A DNA stretch of 64,000 nt, from positions 18,414,001 through 18,478,000 of the forward strand of contig CP075492.1 of assembly GCA_021613535.1 (NCBI GenBank), given 5' to 3'. Positions 1-12,056 of the stretch are shown piece after piece. The stretch is from Adineta vaga. Taxonomy: Eukaryota > Animalia > Rotifera. Every line of letters begins with the position of its first letter. Position 1 is the stretch's first letter. The notes under the pieces were generated by a model. That model searched no databases. It saw only the letters and a program-made list of their open reading frames with translations, and was not told where the DNA came from. The position numbers and the translations under genes were made by a program.

Positions 1-1091
1 GACTGAATCTTGATACATTAGCAAATGGTTTTACACCGCCAGGAAGTTTCGGATCAGCGCTAATTTCGAATAATACGTTCACGGCATCGGCACGATTATT
101 TTGATTAATGTAAAGGAGGGCAACGTCTTTTAGAAGACTAGCTGAAAGAAAGGAATTCATTGAAATATAATGATTTTTTGCTGCAAACAGTTGTATCCAT
201 TCATTTTTTGAGAGCTGTTGACCCCGATAAACATGCACCAATGATTGTTCTTGATGGGTAGCTAGCTGATTTTCCATATCTTGTAAAATGAATCGAAACT
301 GAAAGAGCAAATCAATATTTTGAGTGCGAAAAGCTTTATTCAACAGACGATAGACAAATGTATCTCTTGTGTACCATTCAAAGACTTTCTCAGATTTGTA
401 TTCTAGATGAAACTTTTTAACTTTCTTCAATTCTTCTGTATTATTAGCAAAAAGTTCGGTACATAGAGTAATCAATTCATCTTTATCGTTAAGCTTTGGC
501 TCCATTCGTAGGAGAATATCCAGAAGTAGCTGTGTAAACAAGAATCGTCCGTTAATCTCCACTGTAGAAAACTCCAACACTTGACCTGCTTTGAAAATAT
601 TGATTGAAAAGAATTCTTTGGTATTACGCAGAAAACGAGCTTCGAACCAACGAATTCGATTGGCTATCTCATCCAGATCGATATGTTTGACCTGGAGAAA
701 TGATTTCTTGATATTGGCATTGTGAAAAAGAAAAACTCACTTTTACATATTTCGAAGATATGTCACATTGATCATTAGTACTCGTTGCTGTCGAATGAAC
801 AACAAATATGACTTTAATTGGACAGAGACAATGTACAACATTAATTATTTCTTCTGCAAATTGACCTTGAACTATTAGTATTACTTTGGCACTTGTAGGT
901 AGCTCGTATAGATAATAACCACAGTCATCGAAATCTTCGAAAAAGCGCATAGTGGAGCCTTCTAAAGCCAGAATTTGCTCGGAATATTGAGGATCTTGGA
1001 GTAAAGTGAACTGTGGTCTTTCATTGAACCATACAACATCGAAATGTTCCACGGTAACAGGTTCTTCGATGTCTTGCTGATCTACATGCAC
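1..1091 (-). CDS. ADP-ribosyltransferase (ART)-domain protein, 5' part; runs off window start; intron 692-740
   Basis: ORF 669-1091 splices (AAA|gtgagt ... tttctccag|GTC) into a frame reading WYTRDTFVYRLLNKAFR...VYRGQQL...MNSFLSAS...VLFEISAD...KPFANVS, the R and S-x-S motifs of the VIP2/C3-like ART fold. Confidence 0.8.
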
Positions 1092-1551
1092 TTGACATTT
1101 CGAACCTTTCGCATCAGAAAAATATCATTTAAGGTAACTTTAGCAAAGTGGATAAAACTACGGGTAGTACATTAGCATTAATAGGACTATAAACGAATAC
1201 TTTGTCTAATCGCTAAGCATCAGTATTAATACTGAAAACTAATACTGATTCAAAGTTATTATAATTTCTATATATTTAAAGCTGACACACAACTCTGAGA
1301 TAGAAATACGCACCTTTTCCCCCCATCACGTTCACCAGTTGGTCATGCAGTCGATCATTCAAACTTGTTTGCCTATTCTTCCGTGCTATAATAATCTCAG
1401 AATGCAGTTACTATTTGAAGAGAATCACGTGACGAGAGAAAGTGAGAGCATTTGTTTCTGTTCTGTTATTGATTTTGTTGGAAGTTTCCAAGTACAAAGG
1501 CAACTAATCCATATGTACACTATACAAAAAAAAACAGCAAAATAATACATC

Positions 1552-2032
1552 CTTGAGGGTGTGGGTGGATGTGAGTGTATGAGGATGTGATTGTAAAGGA
1601 AGAAGTGATATCACACCCACACCTGCGCTGAAATAGTGTGGACTGACAAGCATTGGTTCATTTGCGATTGGAAAGCTGGTCAAAGATCAGGTTATAGTAT
1701 CATGATCTGGTTAAATGGTAAACGTTATTAAGGTGAGTCATTTCTCTGGTATTTTGCTATTAAATTCTTCAACAAGTTTGAAATGTCACGCATTTATCCT
1801 TATTCCATTCGCACTCTCAGCAGACAGTAAAGTTTTCTTTTCCTCTTCTTATATTCATTGTAGTCGAAACTTTATTGATATACTGAATTTGCATTATGCA
1901 CACATCTCGTACTATGATTTCATCTTCATGTTGATTGGTCGCTTAGGAGATTGGATGGAGGATAAGAGACAAGGATGGGTGAGGGTGTAGGTGTAGATGT
2001 GAGTCAAGAAGATATGCCTACACCCTCAAGAT
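1552..2032. repeat. Composite telomere-like palindrome: two hairpin copies (1552-1624, 1974-2032) whose outer ends form an 11-bp perfect inverted repeat
   Basis: CTTGAGGGTGT at 1552-1562 and ACACCCTCAAG at 2020-2030. Confidence 0.75.
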
Positions 2033-2132
2033 CGTATGTTTTTCTTATATTTCAATAGAAATTTACGGATCAATTCGATGATTAAATGATGATACAAGTT
2101 TCTGAAGTAACTGAATAATTGTTGATCACTTT

Positions 2133-2645
2133 TTAATTTCTTACACCAGCATTTGCAAATTGAATACCTTTGATTTGTTTTTGATCATATTCCAATGTTT
2201 TCTGTCGAATATCACTCAAATCTGTATCAATATCAATTATATCGATCATTTCTTCTTTGTTTTTAAACAATGCCATAACTTTTGATCGAATTTTTTCATC
2301 TGTTCTCAGTCTGGAAAGTGATTTATGATTATTCAATTGTGTAACAAAACAAAATGAACTTATTGGAGTAACAGATGTTTGTATAGTAACATCATCTTCC
2401 CATTCTAATTCTCTATCATCATCTGCAACAACTTTTTGAGAATCTTCCACATATTTAACAAGTTTTCTACGATCTGATTGATTGATCGATTCGATATTTC
2501 TATTCAAAGGAATAAAAAAATGATTTTATTGGTTTCTCACTTTTTTTTTCTTTTTATCTGCTCGGTAATTGTTCAATTCGACTTTGCAAAGTTAAATCAT
2601 CTGGTTCAGCAATCATTAATGTCAATAAACGTCGATCATTCATTG
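2133..2645 (-). pseudogene. Gene fragment of unknown function (exons ~2541-2645 and 2133-2499) with an in-frame TAA; 5' end abuts a palindromic element
   Basis: GT-AG intron 2500-2540; charged helical ORF; TAA in the upstream exon; element starts at 2659. Confidence 0.4.
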
Positions 2646-2658
2646 CTAAAACAATAAA

Positions 2659-2774
2659 TTGAGGGTGTGGGTGGGGGTGGGTGTGGGTGAGGGGCAGGCT
2701 ATACTATTAACCAACCCACACCCTCACCCACATCCACACCCACATACCCACCAACACCCACATCCACACCCTCG
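2659..2774. repeat. Telomere-like palindromic element, long-armed copy
   Basis: TTGAGGGTGTGGGTGGGGGTGGGTGTGGGTGAGGGG ... CCCACACCCTCACCCACATCCACACCCACATACCCACC...CACACCCTCG. Confidence 0.85.
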
Positions 2775-3044
2775 ATAATAAAGAGCTTGAATGGGTTATC
2801 GAAGCTCCGTCAAATGTTTCCTTTATAACAGATGAGATAATCTGCTATGGTATAATGTTAAGAACAACCAACGATCGGCCAGGTCGATTACCATCATCAC
2901 ATTGGTGGCAATATTCGAATTCATCGTTACTTCCAGGGGCGCAACCGTACTTGTAACGGTTTATAATTAGAAACAAACTTAAAACAATTTTTTTCTTACC
3001 TTTTCTACTATGAGGAATAAAATGAAAAAGTAAAAAAGATTGTT

Positions 3045-3092
3045 AGAGGATGTAGGTGAGAGTTTTCTCTTTATCTACACCCACACCCACCT
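3045..3092. repeat. Telomere-like palindromic element, degenerate
   Basis: AGAGGATGTAGGTGAG ... TCTACACCCACACCCACC, ~110 bp downstream of the F-box stop. Confidence 0.6.
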
Positions 3093-3203
3093 GTCTGAAT
3101 AGTTCTCTTAATGTATTTCTCTTTTCTTGTAAAAGAAAAGAAACAAATATTTACTTTTATTAGAAGAATTTAGTTTTGAAAAAAATCAATCTGATGAGAC
3201 AAC

Positions 3204-5409
3204 TTAAGTTGCTAAATAACAATTTTTATTAATAGTCGACGCAGTTTCTTCTGAACAAGAGAAGTAATTCCCTAGTAAAGTATCTAAAAGCAAAGATTTT
3301 AATTGTATTAATTTTGTTAATTTTGTTAATAAAAGTGTCAAAGTATTCGTATTATCAATGCTACAATATAAATATTGAAGATTTGAAAATGCTTTCAAAA
3401 ATAAATCCATATCAGAAAATTTCAAATAATTTTTAATTAGTATTAATTTTTTAATCCTTTTATTTAATAATTGACATAATTCATTGTTATTTAAAAATAA
3501 AATCAAATGATTTATATCCATTTCTAATGACGTTAATTCAATAGTTTCTTCTAATAATTCAATAAATACAAATGATGATTGAAAATGATAATCCCATAAA
3601 ATTTCTAAATGAGTTATTTTAGATAAATTAATCCTCTTCTTAAGTAATAAAATATCAAAGATTTTCAATTTATATTCATAAAGTTCACTAGGAGAATGCG
3701 AATTTTGTGATAAGATTAATGATTTGACATGAGGAAAATAAAAGGGATAATCTTTTTTTACAATAATTTTTGATAAATATAATTGTTTTATGTTAATAAA
3801 TAGATTGGTATCTATTAATGATGCTTTCCAATTGATAATTCTATGAAGAGTTAAATCATAAGTTGAACATATCAATGGAATTGTATAAATATGGAAAACA
3901 TTCGATGTATATTCATATTCTATGTACCAACTATGTTCGGAAAGCCAGAAATCACTTTTAAATCGTTTGATCTCGTTTGAGATCTTTTCTAAAAAAACTG
4001 ATCAATGAGATGATAAATGACTAAAGTTGGCGGCGCAATAGCGGTCAATTTTCTACCGCGATGAACATTTCTGCTATGAAAAGAAAGAGTAAAATTTTGA
4101 TAGACGATTATCCATTTGTCCCCCATAGCTATGAAACTGACTGCGAGATTAATCGTGTGGCAACATATTCCCTCGACTGTAGGAAGGGTCTTATGAAAAA
4201 AAAATAGTTTGTATGTATGTTTGTTTGTGTCAGGGTCAAACATCAAAGGTCAAAAAGACATCAGTAAAAGGCCCGTTTGAAATCATCATCTTGGGGGAGT
4301 ATGGACCTGCGTTGTGGGGTGGGTGAGAATGTGTGAAAATGGATCGAATAGCGCAGGTGTGTGAGAGAAAATTTAAATCGTTTTCACATATATAAAGTTG
4401 CTAGATAAATTCGTCTCACTATTAGCACGCGCAGGAAATACTTCTCTTCCACAGTTGAGGGTAAAGTGAGTCGGCACGACGAATGTTACTTGTTCACTAT
4501 TACATAAGAAATATTTAAATAAGATAATTAACCTGTGAATGTAGACGCTGTAAAATAAAATTGGAAAACATCCAAATAACACAACGAATGTTTAATTAAA
4601 TTTTTCCATCGATCTGCTTCTATAAATTGATCCATGCATTTGTCAGAACATATTTGTAATTTTTTTAAATAAGGTGTTTGTTTTAATATAATTTCAAGAT
4701 CATCGAATGCTGTTGAATCAATATTTAGTTTTAATTCTTCCAAACAATAGACACCATTATGTTGATATTCTTCAGTTACAAAAGATCCTAAGTTTTGAAT
4801 ATTTAGATATTTTAATAAAGGAGTATATGGAAATAATTGACATAAATCATCTGAATCGCAATAATCAAGTTTTAACGATTTTAATGTCATCATTTGGATT
4901 GATAATGGTTGAATAAACATCCAAGTTGATAAAGATAAACTTTCTAATTTTAATTTTGATAAATAATTCAATGTTAAAGGATTGAAGATAGTAAAACAAT
5001 TATCCATTAAATAAAGATAACGAAAATTGAAATTCAACGACAAATTTTCAATTATTTTTTGAAGAGTTTTATCACAATGACAGTTATATAATGTTAATGT
5101 TTGTAATTTAATGAATTGTTCAGTTGAAAAATAAGATAAAAATATATCAATTTGTTCATGATCGTCTTCATTGGATAATTTTAATGAAATGATTTGACAT
5201 TGAATTTCACGATCTAAAATAACTTTTTGACAAAATTCATCACAAAGTATTTTACCAACAGGACGACAATCAACGTGTAATGGGATTGATCGAATTAATT
5301 GATTAAAACGAATATTTAATTGGTCAAATGCATGAAATATTTCAAAAACATTTAAATAATCAAAACATTCAATAAGAATTTCATTGGGAAGATTATCTAA
5401 CTTCATCAT
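3204..5409 (-). CDS. F-box/LRR-like protein; exons 4533-5409 and 3204-3988; 544-bp intron 3989-4532
   Basis: N-terminal F-box MMKLDNLPNEILIECFDYL; splice ACA G|gttaat ... tttttttag|AA AAG restores FYFTASTFTEKISNEIKRFKSDFWLSEHSW, colinear with the paralog at 49065. Confidence 0.8.
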
Positions 5410-5769
5410 TCTTTTGCCAAAAATGCAAAAAAAACTAATATTTTTTATCGTTTCTTTTTCTTCTAAGCTAAATATCAATATTTATTATCGTGATCTTTTT
5501 ATTAAAAAAATTAATGAATTTTGTGTTTCTCATTAAAAACGATGTGGGTAAGAGCTATCACATATGTGTGTAATTTGATATTTGAATTCAATGATTCATT
5601 CAAGCAAACTAGCAAGGTGAAATATATTAGCGATCTTTGATTTATCTTAAGGAAGATATGCAATTGTTAACATAACTAATCAAATTGCAGAGTAGAGAAT
5701 CGATTGCGAATAACAGAATGTATGTTAATAAACTATAGTGTTTTTGTTGAAATGAACAATGAAGATAGT

Positions 5770-5844
5770 TTGAGGGTGGGTGTGGGTATGAGGGTTAAAC
5801 TGAAAGAACAATCTCATCCACGCGCACGCCTACACCCACCCTCA
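5770..5844. repeat. Telomere-like palindromic element
   Basis: TTGAGGGTGGGTGTGGGTATGAGGGT ... TACACCCACCCTCA. Confidence 0.8.
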
Positions 5845-6179
5845 TTCAATCTCGGTTAAAGAATTTCTGTTTTCGCAACTAAAAATATCATTAAATTCTA
5901 TTTATGTTTGACTATGTCAGAAAACTAAAAAAAGAACATCGGATGTTCATTTCTAATTGAGAAAGATTTCAAATAATTTCAACACCTGGTAAGTGATGTT
6001 TTATGAACATTAAAAAAAGAAATATTCGTTTTTAATGAATAATTTAGAGCAATGTTTTCGAACCACTTTTGAGATTCATATAAATATGAAATTTAATTCA
6101 GGGAGAAAACCGAAACTTCCGTATTTCGAAGTATGATGGAAGTATAGAAGATTCACTTAACCTTCGACTGATATTAATA

Positions 6180-6870
6180 TCATGTTATATCTACCAAAAT
6201 CTTTCAAAATCTATACGATGTCGTTGGTTTTGCAGTGTTCTTTATGAGTTTATTTGGCTGTCTAATGAATGCAATTGCATTTTTAACTGTAAATATATAT
6301 CGTTCTCAACCATGTACATTCTTTCTCCTTATAGCAGCAATTACTAGATTTGTTTATCTTGCAAGTGTAGGAATATTTTAATTTTGGTATAAATGCAACA
6401 CTTATTTCACTTTCATGGTTGAGTAATATTAAACGAAGTCATCGTATTTGTATTGGTTTGCTTCTCTTCTGGTTACTTATGTTATTAGATGGTTCTTATT
6501 GACAGCAGTACCGTTGGTTATTTATATTATATTACGAATACCTGCATATCTAAATATGTACATGTTAAAAACTACATGTCAATTGCAAGGAACTGTACGT
6601 CAAATGACTTATATGAATTATTCCTCTTATACCCAGTGCTGTCCTCTTTGTATATTCATCATCAGCAATTTCTCTAAATAAGGTAACAGTAAAAGATATT
6701 GATTATTTTATCTTTAATGTTTTCAATACTCTTTTTTCTTTTTTTCTATGGCGTAAGTTAAAAAATCGTTCTTTTCTATAGAGTAATTTCTACATATTTC
6801 TTATTGCTTCAAGCACCTTTTGTCAACGTGTTAAATGTTGTTTATGTTCTTTTTGTAAAAAATGAAATGC
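6180..6870 (+). pseudogene. Degraded rhodopsin-like GPCR
   Basis: One frame reads DVVGFAVFFMSLFGCLMNAIAFLTVNIYRSQPCTFFLLIAA (TM1-TM2, like neighbouring GPCRs), followed by frameshifts and stops. Confidence 0.55.
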
Positions 6871-6986
6871 TGTGACAACTGTAAATGTGAACATATTGTT
6901 TTGCAGAAACAAAAGTTTAATAATTTTATCTATAGAAAATTCTATACTGTCCAATCAGTGAATATAATCTTCTTCTTCTTCTTCTT

Positions 6987-7446
6987 TTAATTGCATTGAC
7001 AAGCAAGAATACTAAAATCACCACTACTGTAAATAAGACCATTCGTATAAACAAGACATGTTGCGTTAGGACTACGAAGCCAACGTTGAGGATTACAAAT
7101 ATCATAAGATTCTTTATGTTGATAACGATCATAATCATAAGCTATATCACCTGTATAATGCCAATCAGTACATTTACCACATTTTGAACAAGCATTACCA
7201 CCACAACGTTTAATTTTCTTTGGTTTTACTTGTGATTCTTTGTTGTTCGATTCAGATGATTGGTCGTCTTCTAGATATAGAAAATATTCATTTTAATATT
7301 GTAGCGGTGGGAAATAGAGAATGAATGATACGTCATTTATATTTCGTAGACTTACTCTGGGGCGCTGGTTCTGGTGGCGGGGGTGTAGCAGCCTTTTCTG
7401 GAGTCGGCTCTTCAGATTTTTTTTGATTTTTTGCGTCCTTTTTCAT
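6987..7446 (-). CDS. Small Cys-rich protein (two exons, intron ~7272-7355), not in the ORF track
   Basis: MKKDAKNQKKSEEPTPEKAATPPPPEPAPQ|KDDQSSESN...CGGNACSKCGKCTDWHYTGD...ACQCN*; canonical gtaagt/ag sites keep frame. Confidence 0.6.
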
Positions 7447-8994
7447 TCGTTGATTTTCTATAATAAAGAAGCAGACCTTAAAAATACGAGTGAAAACAGT
7501 GTCGAGATTTTCTTAACATGAATACTATTTAAATCATTGACAAGATGCGACTGATCATCCTCTGCATCTTCGAAATAGTACGATTTGTAGTGTATGAATA
7601 AATCAATGGGAAACATAAGGTTTAAAGATGATTTTTTCTCAAAAGTTCTCTGCTGTTACTACTTATCGTACATGAGAAACGAATTAAAGCGAATATGAAT
7701 TTCAATTCTCTTACTTTCTCTTCACGAACAAACACAATAAATAAATCGAAGACTTATTGCATTTAAACGTTTCATATTTTTTTATCCAAAACATGTTTTT
7801 GAGAGAACAAAAACAACTTTTTCAACATGCACAGCCTTTTCTTCTGTAAACACACATGAGAGCATCACAGTAGCAACCGCGACAAAAGCATGAAAAAATA
7901 ATTGTGTTGTGCATTTGCTTTGATTTACGAAATGATGATACAACAAACATTTTGAAGATTTTTCCTTTATTATCCCTGTCTTATTATAGAACGAATAAAA
8001 TATGCAAAAAGATGTAACGTGAAAAGCTTTACAATTTATAAAAACGGATTATTTTGAAATGATTTTATTTGCTTAGAAAACAAGTATAATTTATTGAGAT
8101 TTTCACACTTCATCGTGTGATATAATTTATTTTTTTGATGCGACTGTTTATTATGTCTAAATAATTCCTTTTGATATGTCTTTATTTTCATGTTCTTTCA
8201 AATATATCCGATGAGCGGAAGCACCCGATGACAATTAAGAAATATCTACATTGAAAGCTTCACGTGTTGAAAAAAACTATAGAAGAGAGAGATATCAATA
8301 TGTTTAACATTTCGTCGTGAATAATGGGGAGCGACAATTTCAGTTATGACCCTCTACAAAAAAGAACTAGCAAATGTACTTCTTTCGCTAGGATTTATCC
8401 TCCATTTCAGACTTTCACCCTAATTAATACCTCGTATTCTTTATCTACGTCCACACTCTCAAGATGTGCTCCAATGAATTCTTTTAAATTGAAAAGATTT
8501 TTCTCTTCTCTTTTCATTAAAAAGGTTAGATGAATATTTTCTCATTACTTGTTCTTTTCTATTTGAATTTATTCAAGTGTAAAAATAAATCCATTAACCT
8601 ATTTTCATTTTGTTAAAAAATAAGATCTTAAAAAAGAAATACAGAATTTAATTGTATAAATCTAGACAAAATTCTTAGTTCATATCATGAAAATCTTGAG
8701 AATGTGGATGTATGTGAAAACAAACTCAGTTTTACCCAAATCCATCTAGTTGAAAAAATCTTCTTTTATTAAAGAAATCAATCCTATGAATGACAATAAG
8801 TGTCGTTATAACGTATAATAGTTAAGATAAATAATTATTCTTTATGAAAACTAGTTTAGTTTCCTTTTTCAATCACTATGGTTCCAATGTGTATTGCGAA
8901 TTAATTTTCAATTCTATGAAATATTTGGAAAGTAATAAACGAAATTGTTAGCTTCATATATGAGCAACGAAAGAAAGAGGGAATGGGGAAAAAG

Positions 8995-9068
8995 TGACCT
9001 TCGTGGGACTCGAATCCACACCTTCTGCTATCCGAGCAGATGTTCTGAGCCAGTTAGACTAGAAGGAC
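8995..9068 (-). tRNA. tRNA-like gene or pseudo-tRNA with atypical anticodon loop (UCGGAUA)
   Basis: Acceptor stem GTCCTTC/GAAGGTC (1 mismatch), anticodon stem TCTGC/GCAGA, T-loop TTCGAGT, short variable loop, followed by TTTTT Pol III terminator. Confidence 0.6.
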
Positions 9069-9521
9069 CAACTTAATCTCCAGTTTAGCGTTGTGTGATT
9101 CATCACAAATGCTAACAGAAATCGAATCACATAAATTCAAGATTATAATGAATAGACATACTTTATTTAACAAAAACAACATGTTAAAAGTGCTTGTAGA
9201 ATTTATAATTCTTTTTCTTTTTCTAGAGAGATATATATATGATGTTGTAAAGACGGAAAAAAATAAATATAAAACATTAAGAAAAAAGAATAAAATGTCC
9301 TATTCAATTTAATCTTGCCATGTGAAAGTAAAACGTCAATTAATTATAATTGATTCTATTAAAGAAAATTAAATGAATGGATTAATTTGTATTTTTAGAT
9401 ATATAAAATAATTTTCTTGAACGGAACTTTGCTATACACACAAACACATCTTGTCTCTAATGTTTTCAAACTATTTCCATTTTAAATTGAATATATTACT
9501 TTCTAATTCTATTCGATTCAT

Positions 9522-10466
9522 ATGATATCATTGGGAGAAATAACACCTTATTTTACTATTACAAGTTATTTTATTGTATTAATTCTTGGTACAATTGGAA
9601 ATGTTCTTAATTTCATAATATTTTTATCAAAAGATTTTCGAAAAAAATCTTGTATATTTTATATGATTTGTTCATCTTCTCTTGATTTAATATTTATTAA
9701 TTTTGGTATAATAATTCGTTTATCAACAGATTATTTTGGAAATAATATTAATCGAATGAATCCTTTTGTTTGCAAAATACGTTCTCATTTAATTATATGT
9801 TTATCAGCAATGGCATCAACATGTGTTTTCTTGGCAACATTGGATCGATGTTTATCAACATCAAGAAATGCTCGTTGCCGACAATTCGCTTCAATTCAAT
9901 TTGCTCAACGTCTTTTCATTATAACGATGATTTTTCTTGGAATTTCAAGTCTTTTTTATTTAATTATATTTGATATTCGGAATGATATATGTACAACATT
10001 ACCTGGTTTTCAAACAATAATAACTATTGTTTATGGTGATACTTTCATTTCTGCTATTCCTCATGGTGGTATGTTGATTTGTGCGATTTTTACATGGATT
10101 CATATACGGCAATCAAGAAGTCGAATCGATCCGGTTGCTGCCGCTAGCCATCAGACTCCTGCTGCTCAACGAATGAATCGACAATTACTTATTCTTATAT
10201 TTGCACATGCTTTCATATCTGTTATAATAGAATTTGAACGTTCTACCGTGTTTAAATATAATTCGGTTACAATTTCAGTAAAGAAAAGTTTTGAACAACA
10301 AGAAATTGAAAATTTTATTACACAATTGAGCATTGTATTTTATTATATGAAACACAGTATGCCTTTTTATGTAAACTATGCTTGTAGTACAATGTTTAGA
10401 AAAAAATTTCGAAAGTCAATACAATTATTAATGAATCGATGTTGTTTTTGTTGTGTACGTGATTAA
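9522..10466 (+). CDS. Orphan rhodopsin-like 7TM GPCR, intronless
   Basis: 7 hydrophobic segments; GTIGNVLN in TM1, LDRC at TM3 end, FYVNY...FRKKF. Confidence 0.85.
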   Translation: MISLGEITPYFTITSYFIVLILGTIGNVLNFIIFLSKDFRKKSCIFYMICSSSLDLIFINFGIIIRLSTDYFGNNINRMNPFVCKIRSHLIICLSAMASTCVFLATLDRCLSTSRNARCRQFASIQFAQRLFIITMIFLGISSLFYLIIFDIRNDICTTLPGFQTIITIVYGDTFISAIPHGGMLICAIFTWIHIRQSRSRIDPVAAASHQTPAAQRMNRQLLILIFAHAFISVIIEFERSTVFKYNSVTISVKKSFEQQEIENFITQLSIVFYYMKHSMPFYVNYACSTMFRKKFRKSIQLLMNRCCFCCVRD

Positions 10467-12056
10467 ATAAAATATTAATTTATTATGTAACTAATATATT
10501 TCGATGTATTTCTTATTTTATTAAAGAATACTTGAATATTTCTTGTCGAGTATGATAGAAAAGAGGTTATAATGATTAATTAACGTACAATATAATATTA
10601 CGAATTCAAAAACGTTTATTTTGCTCGCCAGAACTTTTTGTGTCAAATTTAAACAAAAATTTTTGCTGTGCCCTCGCCTCCTGTCCTTGACACTTCAGTA
10701 TTCCTCTGGTCACAGTGTAACGCTACTGGATTGTTCTTCATATGACCGTTCCACAACTCTACTCTCTAAAAATTCACTACTCATTCCTTTTATCTTTCTT
10801 TCTTTCTCTCTCTCTCTCTGTTCTTTTACTTCTAATTAGATCTCATGTTACATGAATATCTTTACTAAGAACCTTATACATATGTAAATGAGTAGGCCTC
10901 TGTAGGTGTGCTTCTGAACTCTCGGTGTATCATTAACAGATTTAACTAGGTTATACTAATAAATTGTCAGATTCAATTCAACAACTGTTTTACAGCTCAG
11001 AAACTGATATTTTACGAAATAAACCTCACTGAATTTGGTACCATTCGATCGAGAATCAAATTCTGCACTCAATACAAGTGTCTAGAAAGCCAACACAAGT
11101 ACTCAAACGAATCAGGACAAGAATTATTTAAATGTGGTGTCAACTTTACTAACATTTAATATTCTCGTTCATTCCTTGTAAATATCTTTCGTAAGATATT
11201 CATTTGGTTAACTCTTTGCCAATTCATTTCATTATAGATGTCTCTATAGAAATATAGAAAAAACCCTATTATAAAACATAATTTTTTTTTTATTATGAGA
11301 TGAATTTTAGTACATGCAGATTCAAAACTTAAATGGAATACGAAATGTGTATTCCATAAAGTGTACACAATTTTATCAAGGACGAAATAGGATATGTATG
11401 ACAGGCTTGAACAGTTAATATATTTTAAATAAAAGTAATTATTCTTTTTTTTTGTGCATAGGATAATCTAACTGTCAATATTAATGCTAAATACACTTCA
11501 AATAAAATAAATCTTTTTCTTTTTACTTAAGATAATCGAAATATGAATATGAAGGTTAGTATATTTTATTAAGAAAAAGACATTATATTATTTACAATGA
11601 ATGAAAAGAACACCCATCGCTTTCTTCTCATTCACTAAAAACTTAATAAATAGACTATCTTAATTATTACTTTAATCATCCCGATAAAGTTGATCATTTT
11701 ATGGCACAATATGTAATTGTCGGAACTTTCAAAATAGTCTGATGTTTTTTTTAAATTTCTTTCTCTCTTCGACATTTCTTCTTTGATGTTCAGAACCGTC
11801 AGATTTCTTATTATCACTTGACGATGACATGCATTTATAAAAATCCCGGTAAGATGCTTAACAAAACGACGCACAGTTCAACTTTTTTTTTGAAAAAAAA
11901 AGACTTTTACAAGAGAAGAACATTTCTTCTGCTAATTAGAATATGAATAATAAACACTGTTGACTTATTAATATATTTGTTTTTCATATATCGACAAAAC
12001 ATATTACTCTTAAGTCTGTAAAACACATATACACCTTTTTTTACTTCAAAATTAGT

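Noticed and set aside
2659-2774. True chromosome end or assembly join
   Set aside because: Repeat tracts are short, degenerate, inverted and recur internally about 25 times.
10620-11150. Possible transposon remnant between two GPCRs
   Set aside because: No terminal repeats or recognisable protein motif could be supported.
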